A DNA stretch of 64,000 nucleotides from NCBI GenBank assembly GCA_905234025.1, contig CAJOFT010000001.1, positions 1,042 to 65,041 of the forward strand, read 5' to 3'. Source of the stretch: Paludibacteraceae bacterium. Lineage in GTDB: Bacteria; Bacteroidota; Bacteroidia; Bacteroidales; Paludibacteraceae. Position numbers and translations under genes: made by a program. The notes below the pieces were generated by a model, which was not told the origin of the DNA, ran no database searches, and was given only the letters and a program-made list of their open reading frames with translations. Shown piece by piece: positions 44,308 to 54,590 of this stretch (position 1 is its first letter; each line of letters opens with the position of its first letter).

Positions 44308-46605
44308 ATGAACAAAATTATCAGTAAACGATTCTTTTCCGACAATGTGGCGGAACTGGTTGTAGAAGCACCGCTTATCGCCAAAAGTCGTCGTGCGGGA
44401 CACTTTGTTATTGTCCGTGTAGATGAACATTCAGAACGTATGCCGCTGACTATCAGCGATGCGGATGTAGAGAAAGGTACTATCAATTTGGTGGTGCAGC
44501 GTATCGGCGTATCGTCAGCGAAGTTATGCGCTATGAACGTAGGAGATGAGTTGGCCGATTTGGTTGGTCCGCTCGGCAAAGCCACGGATATTCGCCATTT
44601 CGGTACGGTTGTTTGTGCCTGTGGTGGTGTAGGCGCGGCACCGATGTTACCGATTGCTCAGGCACTTAAGGCGGCAGGCAACCGCGTTATTATTGTTTTG
44701 GCAGCCCGCAACAAAGACCTTATTATATTAAAGGACGAACTTGCCAAGTATTCCGACGAAGTTATAGTTATGACGGATGACGGTTCGATGGGACATAAAG
44801 GCGTAGTGACGGTAGGTGTGGAGCAAGTGATTAACCGCGAACAGGTGGATAAATGCGTGGCTATCGGTCCGGCAATAATGATGAAGTTCGTGGCGCTGAC
44901 GACTGCTAAATACAATATCCCGACCGAAGCCAGTCTGAATACTATCATGGTGGATGGAACGGGAATGTGCGGCGCTTGCCGTGTGACTGTAGGAGGAAAA
45001 ACACGTTTTGTTTGTGTTGATGGTCCTGAGTTTGATGCGCACCAAGTGGATTGGGACGAGATGATGTCGCGTCTGCGTTCGTACAAGCCGGAAGAAATGG
45101 CGGCTTACGAAGCTTATCAAGCCAGTTCACAGGCAGAAGAAAGCGAATCAGGTAGAGATGATGCATGGCGCGCGGAGTTGAGACAGACGCTTAAGCCGAA
45201 AGAGCGTGTAGCTATTGAACGCTGCAAGATGCCGGAACTGGATCCCCAATACCGTGCTACGACTATTCATGAGGAAGTGAATCAGGGATTGACGCCAGAG
45301 ATGGCATTGCAGGAATCGAAGCGTTGCTTGGATTGCCCGAATCCCGGTTGCGTGAAGGGTTGTCCGGTAAATATTGATATTCCGGGCTTTATCAAGCATA
45401 TTGAGAAAGGTGATATCAATGGTGCATACGCTGTTATTGCACGTAGCAGTAGTCTGCCGGCCGTTTGCGGTCGCGTTTGTCCGCAAGAGAAACAATGCGA
45501 GGCACAATGTATCCACCTGAAGATGAACTCAAAGCCGGTAGCAATTGGCTATTTGGAGCGGTTTGTGGCGGATAACGCTAAAACGGAGCAAGGAGTAAAG
45601 ACCGCTTCGCTAAAGGAACAAGGACAAAAATGTCGCAAAATAGCTGTCGTAGGTTCCGGTCCTGCGGGATTAACGTTTGCAGGAGATATGGCGAAGTATG
45701 GCTATCAAGTAACAGTGTTTGAGGCGCTTCACGAGATTGGTGGTGTGCTGAAGTATGGTATTCCTGAGTTTCGTTTGCCCAATCGCATTGTGGATAAGGA
45801 GATTGAAGGTCTCAAACGTTTGGGCGTAGAGTTCCACAAAGATACGATTGTGGGCAAGACTATTTCTGTCGAAGACTTGAAAGCTGAAGGTTATGAAGCC
45901 ATCTTCGTAGGTTCGGGAGCCGGTCTTCCGCGGTTTATGAATATTCCGGGTGAGAACTTGAACGGCGTTTTATCATGCAACGAATACCTGACACGTGTTA
46001 ATCTGATGGATGCCAGCAATAGTGCAACGGATACGCCGCTGTTGTATGGCAAGAATGTGATTGTCGTTGGTGGCGGTAATACGGCTATGGATGCTGTCAG
46101 AACGGCTAAGCGCTTGGGCGCAGAACGTGCAACAATCGTATATCGTCGTAGTGAGGAGGAAATGCCGGCACGAATTGAGGAAGTGCGTCATGCGAAGGAA
46201 GAAGGCATTGAGTTTATGACGTTGCATAATCCGATTGAGTATCATGCAGACGAGAACGGACGTGTGAAAGAGGCGGTATTGCAAGTGATGGAATTGGGTG
46301 AGCCGGATGAATCGGGTCGTCGTAGTCCCGTGCCGGTAGAAGGAAAGACGGTAACGATAGATGTGGATCTTGTTATTGTAGCAGTCGGCGTTAGTCCGAA
46401 CCCGCTCATTCCTCGTGCTGTAGAAGGATTGGAGATAAGTAAGAAAGGTACGATAGTTGTTGGCGAAGATACTATGCAATCGAATATTCCAACCCTCTTC
46501 GCTGGTGGAGATATCGTGCGTGGCGGTGCTACGGTTATATTGGCTATGTCGGATGGACGAAAAGCCGCAGCGGCGATGAATGAGTATTTAATGCATAATT
46601 CATAG
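44308..46605 (+). CDS. Fused PyrK-like FAD/[2Fe-2S] reductase + GltD-like NADPH oxidoreductase (NfnAB-type)
   Basis: N-terminal ~280 aa: ferredoxin-reductase-like region ending in CGACRV...CVDGPEF. C-terminal: 2x[4Fe-4S] Cys motifs (CLDCPNPGCVKGCP, CGRVCPQEKQCEAQC) and two GxGxxG dinucleotide folds (VVGSGPAG, VVGGGNTAMD). Confidence 0.8.
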   Translation: MNKIISKRFFSDNVAELVVEAPLIAKSRRAGHFVIVRVDEHSERMPLTISDADVEKGTINLVVQRIGVSSAKLCAMNVGDELADLVGPLGKATDIRHFGTVVCACGGVGAAPMLPIAQALKAAGNRVIIVLAARNKDLIILKDELAKYSDEVIVMTDDGSMGHKGVVTVGVEQVINREQVDKCVAIGPAIMMKFVALTTAKYNIPTEASLNTIMVDGTGMCGACRVTVGGKTRFVCVDGPEFDAHQVDWDEMMSRLRSYKPEEMAAYEAYQASSQAEESESGRDDAWRAELRQTLKPKERVAIERCKMPELDPQYRATTIHEEVNQGLTPEMALQESKRCLDCPNPGCVKGCPVNIDIPGFIKHIEKGDINGAYAVIARSSSLPAVCGRVCPQEKQCEAQCIHLKMNSKPVAIGYLERFVADNAKTEQGVKTASLKEQGQKCRKIAVVGSGPAGLTFAGDMAKYGYQVTVFEALHEIGGVLKYGIPEFRLPNRIVDKEIEGLKRLGVEFHKDTIVGKTISVEDLKAEGYEAIFVGSGAGLPRFMNIPGENLNGVLSCNEYLTRVNLMDASNSATDTPLLYGKNVIVVGGGNTAMDAVRTAKRLGAERATIVYRRSEEEMPARIEEVRHAKEEGIEFMTLHNPIEYHADENGRVKEAVLQVMELGEPDESGRRSPVPVEGKTVTIDVDLVIVAVGVSPNPLIPRAVEGLEISKKGTIVVGEDTMQSNIPTLFAGGDIVRGGATVILAMSDGRKAAAAMNEYLMHNS

Positions 46606-46631
46606 CCCAATAAGGTGCGATTATTACATAG

Positions 46632-46652
46632 TGCATAATGCAAAATTATGCA
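46632..46652 (+). promoter_or_regulatory. Hairpin covering the miaB start codon
   Basis: TGCATAAT-GCAAA-ATTATGCA. The ATG at 46648-46650 lies in the 3' arm. A third TGCATAAT copy is at 46592-46599. Confidence 0.3.
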
Positions 46653-48036
46653 GAAGTTCTATATTGAGACATACGGATGCCAGATGAACGTCGCGGATAG
46701 CGAGGTTGTGGCTGCTATACTGAATACGACGGATGCAGAACTGACGGAGCTTTTGGATGAAGCAGATATTGTTATTCTGAATACTTGTTCTATTCGCGAG
46801 AAGGCGGAAGAGACGGTTTGCCATCGTTTGCAAGAGATTAAAGCGCTGATTGCCAAACACAAACGGTCAGCAGCCAAAGAGCAAGTTGCTTTCCGTCAGC
46901 CCATTATTGGTGTGATAGGCTGTATGGCAGAGCGGATGGGAAGTGAGTTGTTGGAAAAGTATGGTGTGGATTTTGTGGCAGGACCGGACAGTTATTTGGA
47001 TATTCCGAATCTGTTAGCGCAAGCTGAACAAGGACAAAAAGCGCTGAATATAGAACTTAGCACGACTGATACATACAGGGATATTATTCCGGCACGAATT
47101 GGGAAGACGATAAGCGGGTTTGTGAGTATTATGCGCGGATGCAATAATTTCTGTTCGTATTGCGTCGTGCCTTATACTCGCGGAAGAGAAAGAAGCCGCG
47201 AGGTGGAAAGTATTCTGAATGAGGTAAAGGATTTGCAGGCAAAAGGCTATAAGGAAGTGACGCTGTTGGGACAGAATGTCAATTCGTATCATGGCGTTTG
47301 GGAAAAAGAGGGTGAAAAAGCTGTAGATTTCCCGGAATTGTTAGCAATCGTTGCGGAAGCGGTACCGGAAATGCGGATACGATTTACGACATCTCATCCG
47401 AAGGATATGAGTGACAAGACGTTAGAAGTTATAGCGGCACATAACAATATCTGTAAATTCATTCATTTGCCGGTACAGAGCGGTTCGAACGTGGTTTTGA
47501 AAGCGATGAATCGCAAATATACCAGAGAATGGTATTTGGACCGGATAGCTGCGATACGGCGGATAGTACCGGATGCGGCGATTGGTACGGATGTATTTTG
47601 CGGATTTCACGATGAGACGTTGGAAGATCATGCACAGACGCTCAGTTTGATGCGGGAGGTGGGATTTGATACGGCTTTTATGTTCAAATACAGCGAGCGT
47701 CCGGGAACTTTTGCAAGCAGGCATTTGCCCGATAATATCCCGGAAGAAGAGAAGGTAAGACGGTTGAATGAGATTATTGCGCTACAAAACGAATTGTCGT
47801 TGGCTGCTAATCAGCGGGAGATAGGAAAAGTGCGAGAAGTGCTGGTAGAAGGATTTTCGAAGCGGAGCAAGGATGAGATGTTCGGCAGAACGAGCCAATA
47901 TAAGACCGTTATTATTCCGCGTGAAGGTCATCATATCGGAGAATTCGTGAAGGTAAAGATTGTTTCTGCGTCTGCGGCCACATTAAAAGGAGAGGTTGTT
48001 TTAGATGTCCATCGGGATACCGTTGCGGTAATGTAA
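46648..48036 (+). CDS. miaB: tRNA-i6A37 methylthiotransferase (radical SAM)
   Basis: FYIETYGCQMNVADSE N-terminus, CNNFCSYCVVP radical-SAM motif, and a C-terminal TRAM domain. Confidence 0.88.
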   Translation: MQKFYIETYGCQMNVADSEVVAAILNTTDAELTELLDEADIVILNTCSIREKAEETVCHRLQEIKALIAKHKRSAAKEQVAFRQPIIGVIGCMAERMGSELLEKYGVDFVAGPDSYLDIPNLLAQAEQGQKALNIELSTTDTYRDIIPARIGKTISGFVSIMRGCNNFCSYCVVPYTRGRERSREVESILNEVKDLQAKGYKEVTLLGQNVNSYHGVWEKEGEKAVDFPELLAIVAEAVPEMRIRFTTSHPKDMSDKTLEVIAAHNNICKFIHLPVQSGSNVVLKAMNRKYTREWYLDRIAAIRRIVPDAAIGTDVFCGFHDETLEDHAQTLSLMREVGFDTAFMFKYSERPGTFASRHLPDNIPEEEKVRRLNEIIALQNELSLAANQREIGKVREVLVEGFSKRSKDEMFGRTSQYKTVIIPREGHHIGEFVKVKIVSASAATLKGEVVLDVHRDTVAVM

Positions 48037-48085
48037 GTACTATGTTAGGACTATGTAAGGACTATGTAAGGACTATGTAAGGACT
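48031..48085 (+). repeat. Tandem array B: 5 x 11 bp of the ATGTAAGGACT family
   Basis: ATGTAAGTACT ATGTTAGGACT ATGTAAGGACT x3, then TAGG. The miaB stop TAA (48034-48036) lies inside unit 1. Confidence 0.95.
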
Positions 48086-48106
48086 TAGGATAGATTGTAG
48101 ATAAAT

Positions 48107-48138
48107 AAAAAAAGTCGCCCGGAAGAGCGACTTTTTGT
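48107..48138. terminator. Bidirectional terminator (miaB / 48182 gene)
   Basis: AAAGTCGC / GCGACTTT stem with an 8-nt loop, flanked by an A-run and a T-run. Confidence 0.75.
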
Positions 48139-48181
48139 TTGAATCTACGTTGTGACGTATAGATTGTTTGTGTTGAGTAGA

Positions 48182-48769
48182 TTAATCATTTACACCGAGG
48201 CACTCATCTTCTGTATCGGCATCAATTTTTTTGTATTTGTAAGTCATTGCGCCACCAGCAGCTTTGATTAAAGCAGCAACGTATTCCTCGACACCTTCTT
48301 CGCTAGTCCAAATGAGTTGGAGAGTTTGGGTTGTTCCAGCGACTTCTGCATAGATTTCCCAGCAAGCTGCATTTTCGTCGTCATCGCCCCAATCTTCGCC
48401 ATTTTCTTTAGCTGCTTCTTCAGCGAGTTTATTGCACTCTTCAACGGTTTTAGCGCTTGACTCTTTGTAAGCATATTCTGCGCTACCAACGGGCATTAGT
48501 TTTGCAGCCTGATAGCATTCGTAAGCCCATTGAGCAGCTTCGCGCTCGGTGCACCACATGTAGTCATAAGACACTTGGCTATGTCCGCCAGCAGAAGCGC
48601 CAATGCCGAGTTGCCAGCATTTTTCAACGGTGTTGTCGAGAGCTGCGATTTTCGCAGGAGTGAGAGAGGAACCATTGGTACCGCCCGGGAGGGGATTGCT
48701 TGCAGTACCTTTACAGCCTACCAATGCGATAGCTGCAACGCACAAAAGTGCTAAAAAAACTTTCTTCAT
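48182..48769 (-). CDS. Hypothetical lipoprotein (Cys/Trp/acidic-rich)
   Basis: Lipobox ALVGC. 195 aa. No family recognised. Confidence 0.5.
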   Translation of the reverse strand: MKKVFLALLCVAAIALVGCKGTASNPLPGGTNGSSLTPAKIAALDNTVEKCWQLGIGASAGGHSQVSYDYMWCTEREAAQWAYECYQAAKLMPVGSAEYAYKESSAKTVEECNKLAEEAAKENGEDWGDDDENAACWEIYAEVAGTTQTLQLIWTSEEGVEEYVAALIKAAGGAMTYKYKKIDADTEDECLGVND

Positions 48770-48829
48770 AAGAATAAAAATAAGTTAGTAATGTTGTTTA
48801 TTTTGTTAGTTTAGTTTCAAAATTCGCTG

Positions 48830-48861
48830 CAAAAGTACTGCTTTTTTAGAAAATATGCAAA
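48830..48861 (-). promoter_or_regulatory. Promoter for the 48769 gene
   Basis: Reverse-complement TACTTTTG at 48830-48837 and TTTG at 48858-48861, with a 20-nt spacer. Confidence 0.55.
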
Positions 48862-48875
48862 AAAAAGTGAAAAAA

Positions 48876-48907
48876 TTTGCGTATATGAAAAAAAAAGTGT
48901 ACTTTTG
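48876..48907 (+). promoter_or_regulatory. gyrB promoter
   Basis: TTTG at 48876-48879, 20 nt, then TACTTTTG at 48900-48907. Confidence 0.6.
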
Positions 48908-48920
48908 CGCCCTATTATTA

Positions 48921-48951
48921 TGTATGCGCGTTGTGTGCGCGCGCGTGTGTG
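48921..48951. other. Alternating pyrimidine-purine (CG/TG) tract in the gyrB leader
   Basis: TGTATGCGCGT then TGTGTGCGCGCGCGTGTGTG: 11 + 20 nt of strict Py-Pu alternation with one phase break. Confidence 0.85.
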
Positions 48952-48961
48952 AAACTAATAA

Positions 48962-50995
<2,034 letters not shown>

Positions 50996-50998
<3 letters not shown>

Positions 50999-51016
50999 TC
51001 GTTAGTCGTTAGTCGT
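50996..51016 (+). repeat. 7-bp x3 tandem repeat TAGTCGT starting at the gyrB stop codon
   Basis: TAGTCGT TAGTCGT TAGTCGT. TAG occurs in all three frames. It fills most of the gyrB-LOG spacer. Confidence 0.9.
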
Positions 51017-51021
51017 TGGAT

Positions 51022-51570
51022 ATGAAAATCGCCGTTTATTGTAGCGCAAAAGATGTTATTCCGGAGGAGTATTTGTCGTTAGGCGATGCTCTCGGAGCAT
51101 GGATAGCAGCAAATGGGCATACGTTGGTATATGGCGGCGCTACAGGCGGATTGATGTCGCGGGTAAGCAATGCGGTTCGCAGTCATGGCGGGGAAGTAAT
51201 CGGTGTTGTGCCGAAGCGGATAATTCAGGCGGGTCGTTTGGCGAAGAACTGCACGAAGATACACAAGGTGGCATCGATGAGCCGACGCAAGCATAAGATG
51301 CGCGAGATAGCAGACTGCTTTGTATGTTTGCCCGGCAGTTACGGAACACTCGATGAGATGTATGACGTGATAGCCAGCGGAACAGTCGGCGAACACCACA
51401 AACCGATTATTATCCTGAATTACTTGGGATTCTATGAGGGTTTGAAAGCCGAAGCGAAACATATGAAGGATTTGCAATTCCTGCCCGAACAAGAGGCTTA
51501 TAAGCCGCTGTTTGTGAATTCTTTAGAGGAAGTATATGAGAGTTTGAAGAGTATAATTATTAAATCATAA
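51022..51570 (+). CDS. LOG family (TIGR00730-type) nucleotide phosphoribohydrolase
   Basis: VYGGATGGLM and LPGSYGTLDEM motifs. ATG at 51022 (the ORF-track TTG at 51016 lies inside the repeat). Confidence 0.8.
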   Translation: MKIAVYCSAKDVIPEEYLSLGDALGAWIAANGHTLVYGGATGGLMSRVSNAVRSHGGEVIGVVPKRIIQAGRLAKNCTKIHKVASMSRRKHKMREIADCFVCLPGSYGTLDEMYDVIASGTVGEHHKPIIILNYLGFYEGLKAEAKHMKDLQFLPEQEAYKPLFVNSLEEVYESLKSIIIKS

Positions 51571-51574
51571 ATTT

Positions 51575-52888
51575 ATGAATCTATTTACGGCCAGATTAAC
51601 CGGCAAAATGCTCTCGACGGACGCGTTCGAGAAAACTATTTATGAGATGCAAGAACGTGTTAAACGTTGGCGTCAAATCGAGAAATCACCCGAGTTGGCA
51701 GAGTATCAAGAACTCAAGAAACTTGTGGAGAGTCGCGAATTCCAAGAGAAGAAGACTGCATTGCAGACTCGCAAATACAAGGATACCGACGAGGGCCGCA
51801 AGATGATGATGTTTGAGCGTCTGCGTAATGCTCGCAGCATGCGTCGCTATCAAGATGCGCTGAAGAATGAGGAGTTTCAGGCGTTTTTGAGATTCCGCGA
51901 TACGGATGAGTTCCAAAAAGTGAACAGCTTGAAAGAGTGCCTCAAATCGAGTGTGATGCGTCGTTATAACATGATCTATCACTCATCGTATTTCAAGAAC
52001 TATCTTGCTGTGCAGAACTCTGTGGAACTGAGACAGATGGATGCATTGGAAGAAGAGATTAAGACCGAAGATTTCCAGAAGCGTCATGCATTGTGGGCAG
52101 ACTCGAAACGTTGGTTGCACTCAGAGGAGTACAAGAAATTCGCGCGTTTTGAGGAACTAGCCAATTCGAAAGATATCAAGTTCTACTTTGAGCAACGTCA
52201 GGAGAAGATTGACTGGGCCGAGTTGTTCCGTCCCGCATTCGAAGATCACATGGAATCGAGCAAGAACTGGAAACCGGGCTTTGGTTATGCCAATCCTGCA
52301 ATGAAAGATGGTCACTCCCGCACAGCTGATCTGCAGGCGTATGCCGGGGGCAAAAATTCGTTCTTTGTAGACGGCCGAATGGATATTGAGACCCGCGAAG
52401 AGAGCAAGAAGGCGCTTGCGTGGGACGAGAAGCGCGGTTTTGTGGAGCACGTGTTTGCCTATACTTCCGATGTGATGAACTGTAAGGATGCCTTCTCGCA
52501 AGAAGGTGGAATGTTTATGGCGAAAGTTCGCAGTCAGGGTACCGGTCATCACTTCTTCGGTTTGAGTACCGGCAAGACCGACAAACCTCTGGTAGCATTG
52601 TACCATTACAACGGAAATATCCATCAAGTGGGTTATGTAGATGGCAAACAAACGCACATGGCCGATTTGACAGGTATGTTACGCACGATGTACTACGTAT
52701 ATACCTTCCGTTGGACGAGGAGCGAACTTATCTGGTATGTAAATAACCTGGAGATACTCCGTATGCCGAATCGTCTGCCGAAAGAGGCAATGTTCTTCTT
52801 TGCTCAGAGTTGGCTGCCAGCAACCGAAAAGGGTGGACAAGGTAAGATGAAAGTGCAGTGGGCTAGAGTATTTAGAGCCGTAGATTGA
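51575..52888 (+). CDS. Hypothetical protein: helical N-terminal half with EFQ-type repeats, beta-sandwich-like C-terminal half
   Basis: No signal peptide. Repeats SREFQEKK, NEEFQAFLRFRDTDEFQKV, TEDFQKRH, SEEYKKFARFEEL. C-terminus ...YVYTFRWTRSELIWYVNN... is reminiscent of a concanavalin-like fold, without a GH16 ExDxxE motif. Confidence 0.45.
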   Translation: MNLFTARLTGKMLSTDAFEKTIYEMQERVKRWRQIEKSPELAEYQELKKLVESREFQEKKTALQTRKYKDTDEGRKMMMFERLRNARSMRRYQDALKNEEFQAFLRFRDTDEFQKVNSLKECLKSSVMRRYNMIYHSSYFKNYLAVQNSVELRQMDALEEEIKTEDFQKRHALWADSKRWLHSEEYKKFARFEELANSKDIKFYFEQRQEKIDWAELFRPAFEDHMESSKNWKPGFGYANPAMKDGHSRTADLQAYAGGKNSFFVDGRMDIETREESKKALAWDEKRGFVEHVFAYTSDVMNCKDAFSQEGGMFMAKVRSQGTGHHFFGLSTGKTDKPLVALYHYNGNIHQVGYVDGKQTHMADLTGMLRTMYYVYTFRWTRSELIWYVNNLEILRMPNRLPKEAMFFFAQSWLPATEKGGQGKMKVQWARVFRAVD

Positions 52889-52889
52889 T

Positions 52890-53669
52890 ATGTTTCTCAT
52901 AGCCGGGCCTTGTGCCATTGAAAATAGGGATTGCGTGATGCAAACAGCGGAAACGCTGAAGCATGTTTGTAGCGAATTGGGTATAAAACTATACTTCAAA
53001 TCGTCATACGACAAGGCTAACCGCACATCTAACAGTGGTCGCGGAGTCGGTCTGGAAGAGGGATTGCGCATCTTGCAAGAAGTCAAGGATCAGTTTGGAT
53101 TGCCTATTTTGACGGATGTGCATGAGAGTTGGCAATGTGCGCCAGTAGCGGAAGTGGCCGATGTATTGCAGATTCCGGCATTTTTGTGCCGTCAAACGGA
53201 TTTGCTGCAAGCAGCAGCCCGGACGTGCAAGATTGTCAATGTCAAGAAAGGACAGTTTATGGCACCTTGGGATATGGCGGGTGCGATAGACAAGATTAAA
53301 GCCGTTGGCGGTTCGCAGATTTGGCTGACAGAGCGCGGTTCGTCATTTGGCTACGGACGATTGGTCGTTGATATGTCATCGCTGGTTGAGCTGCGCCGTT
53401 TCGAGTATCCGGTTATCTTTGATGCTACGCATAGCGTTCAACAACCGAGTACATCAGCCGGGGTGACCGGAGGCAATCGTGACATGGTGCCGCCATTGAT
53501 GCGTGCTGCTTTGGCAGTTGGTGTTGACGGGATATTCCTTGAGGTGCATCCAGCACCCGAGAAGGCGATATCCGATGCAGCGAACCAAGTGCGGTTGAGC
53601 GAAGTGAAACAGATTTTAGAGCAAGCTATAGAATATGACTTTCTTCGAAAGAGCCAAGCAAATATTTGA
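52890..53669 (+). CDS. kdsA: 3-deoxy-8-phosphooctulonate (KDO-8-P) synthase
   Basis: LIAGPCAIE, KSSYDKANR, QIPAFLCRQTDL, and FDATHSVQ. Confidence 0.9.
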   Translation: MFLIAGPCAIENRDCVMQTAETLKHVCSELGIKLYFKSSYDKANRTSNSGRGVGLEEGLRILQEVKDQFGLPILTDVHESWQCAPVAEVADVLQIPAFLCRQTDLLQAAARTCKIVNVKKGQFMAPWDMAGAIDKIKAVGGSQIWLTERGSSFGYGRLVVDMSSLVELRRFEYPVIFDATHSVQQPSTSAGVTGGNRDMVPPLMRAALAVGVDGIFLEVHPAPEKAISDAANQVRLSEVKQILEQAIEYDFLRKSQANI

Positions 53670-54588
53670 TGAAGAAATAGAGGAGTTGCGCAAATTAGGC
53701 GCATCTATCGGCCCCGACTTTGACAAGGTGGTTGAGATGATTTACCATTGCAAGGGCAAGTTGGTGGTGATGGGTATCGGCAAGACCGGTATCATGGGTC
53801 ATAAGATAGCCTCATCTCTGGCTTCAACCGGAACACAAGCAGTTTTTGTTAATGCAGCAGAGGCGGTGCATGGTGATTTGGGTGTGCTAAATAGTGAAGA
53901 CTTGGTTTTGCTGGTCAGCAGCAGCGGTGCGTCGAATGAGATTCTCAATGTAATTGACCCCGTTCGCAAGATTGGTTGCCCGATTATTGCGATGACTGGT
54001 GACCTTTCGTCGCGTCTGGCGCAAGAGGCAGATATTGTATTATCTATCCATGTGGATAAGGAGGCTTGTCCTTTGGGGTTGGCCCCGACAACTTCAACGA
54101 CAGCGACAACGTTGATGGGCGATGCGCTGATGGTGTGTTTGATGGAAAAACGTCAGTTCCGTGCTGAAAACTTTGCTGTATATCATCCGGGTGGAGCGCT
54201 GGGGCGCAAACTGTTGGGGCGTGTAGAGAATTTTATGACAGAACTCGTTCCTCGAGTGCATGTAGATACATCGTTTAAGGATTTAGTACGTGAGATGTCC
54301 GACAAACATCTTGGAACAACTATGGTTTATGACCGTGAAGGAAGGTGTGTCGGGATTATTACGGACGGAGACTTAAGACGTGCTATTCAAAAGTATGATG
54401 ACTTGCACGTAACAGCGCAAGACATTATGTCGCACTCGTATAAACATATTCACAAAGACGCCCTATTAACGGACGCTTTGGCTATTATGGACAAATATAA
54501 TATAACTACGCTTGCCGTCACCGAGAAGCCTACGACGGAGGCGATAATAGGCATTATATCTATTCACCACATTATTGATTTTAACTGA
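53635..54588 (+). CDS. kdsD: Arabinose-5-phosphate isomerase (KpsF/GutQ family: SIS + 2 CBS)
   Basis: GKLVVMGIGKTGIMGHKIASSLASTG (SIS) and a C-terminal CBS pair. It overlaps kdsA by 35 nt. Confidence 0.85.
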   Translation: MTFFERAKQIFDEEIEELRKLGASIGPDFDKVVEMIYHCKGKLVVMGIGKTGIMGHKIASSLASTGTQAVFVNAAEAVHGDLGVLNSEDLVLLVSSSGASNEILNVIDPVRKIGCPIIAMTGDLSSRLAQEADIVLSIHVDKEACPLGLAPTTSTTATTLMGDALMVCLMEKRQFRAENFAVYHPGGALGRKLLGRVENFMTELVPRVHVDTSFKDLVREMSDKHLGTTMVYDREGRCVGIITDGDLRRAIQKYDDLHVTAQDIMSHSYKHIHKDALLTDALAIMDKYNITTLAVTEKPTTEAIIGIISIHHIIDFN

Positions 54589-54590
54589 TT

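Noticed and set aside
20586-48085. The two same-orientation ATGTAAGGACT arrays as att-like boundaries of a 27.5-kb mobile or genomic island.
   Set aside because: The interval holds core housekeeping genes (rpoD, mutL, malQ, glgP, pyrE, psd, deoC, miaB and a tRNA). It has no integrase, transposase, conjugation or phage genes that I can see. The tRNA is internal rather than at a boundary.
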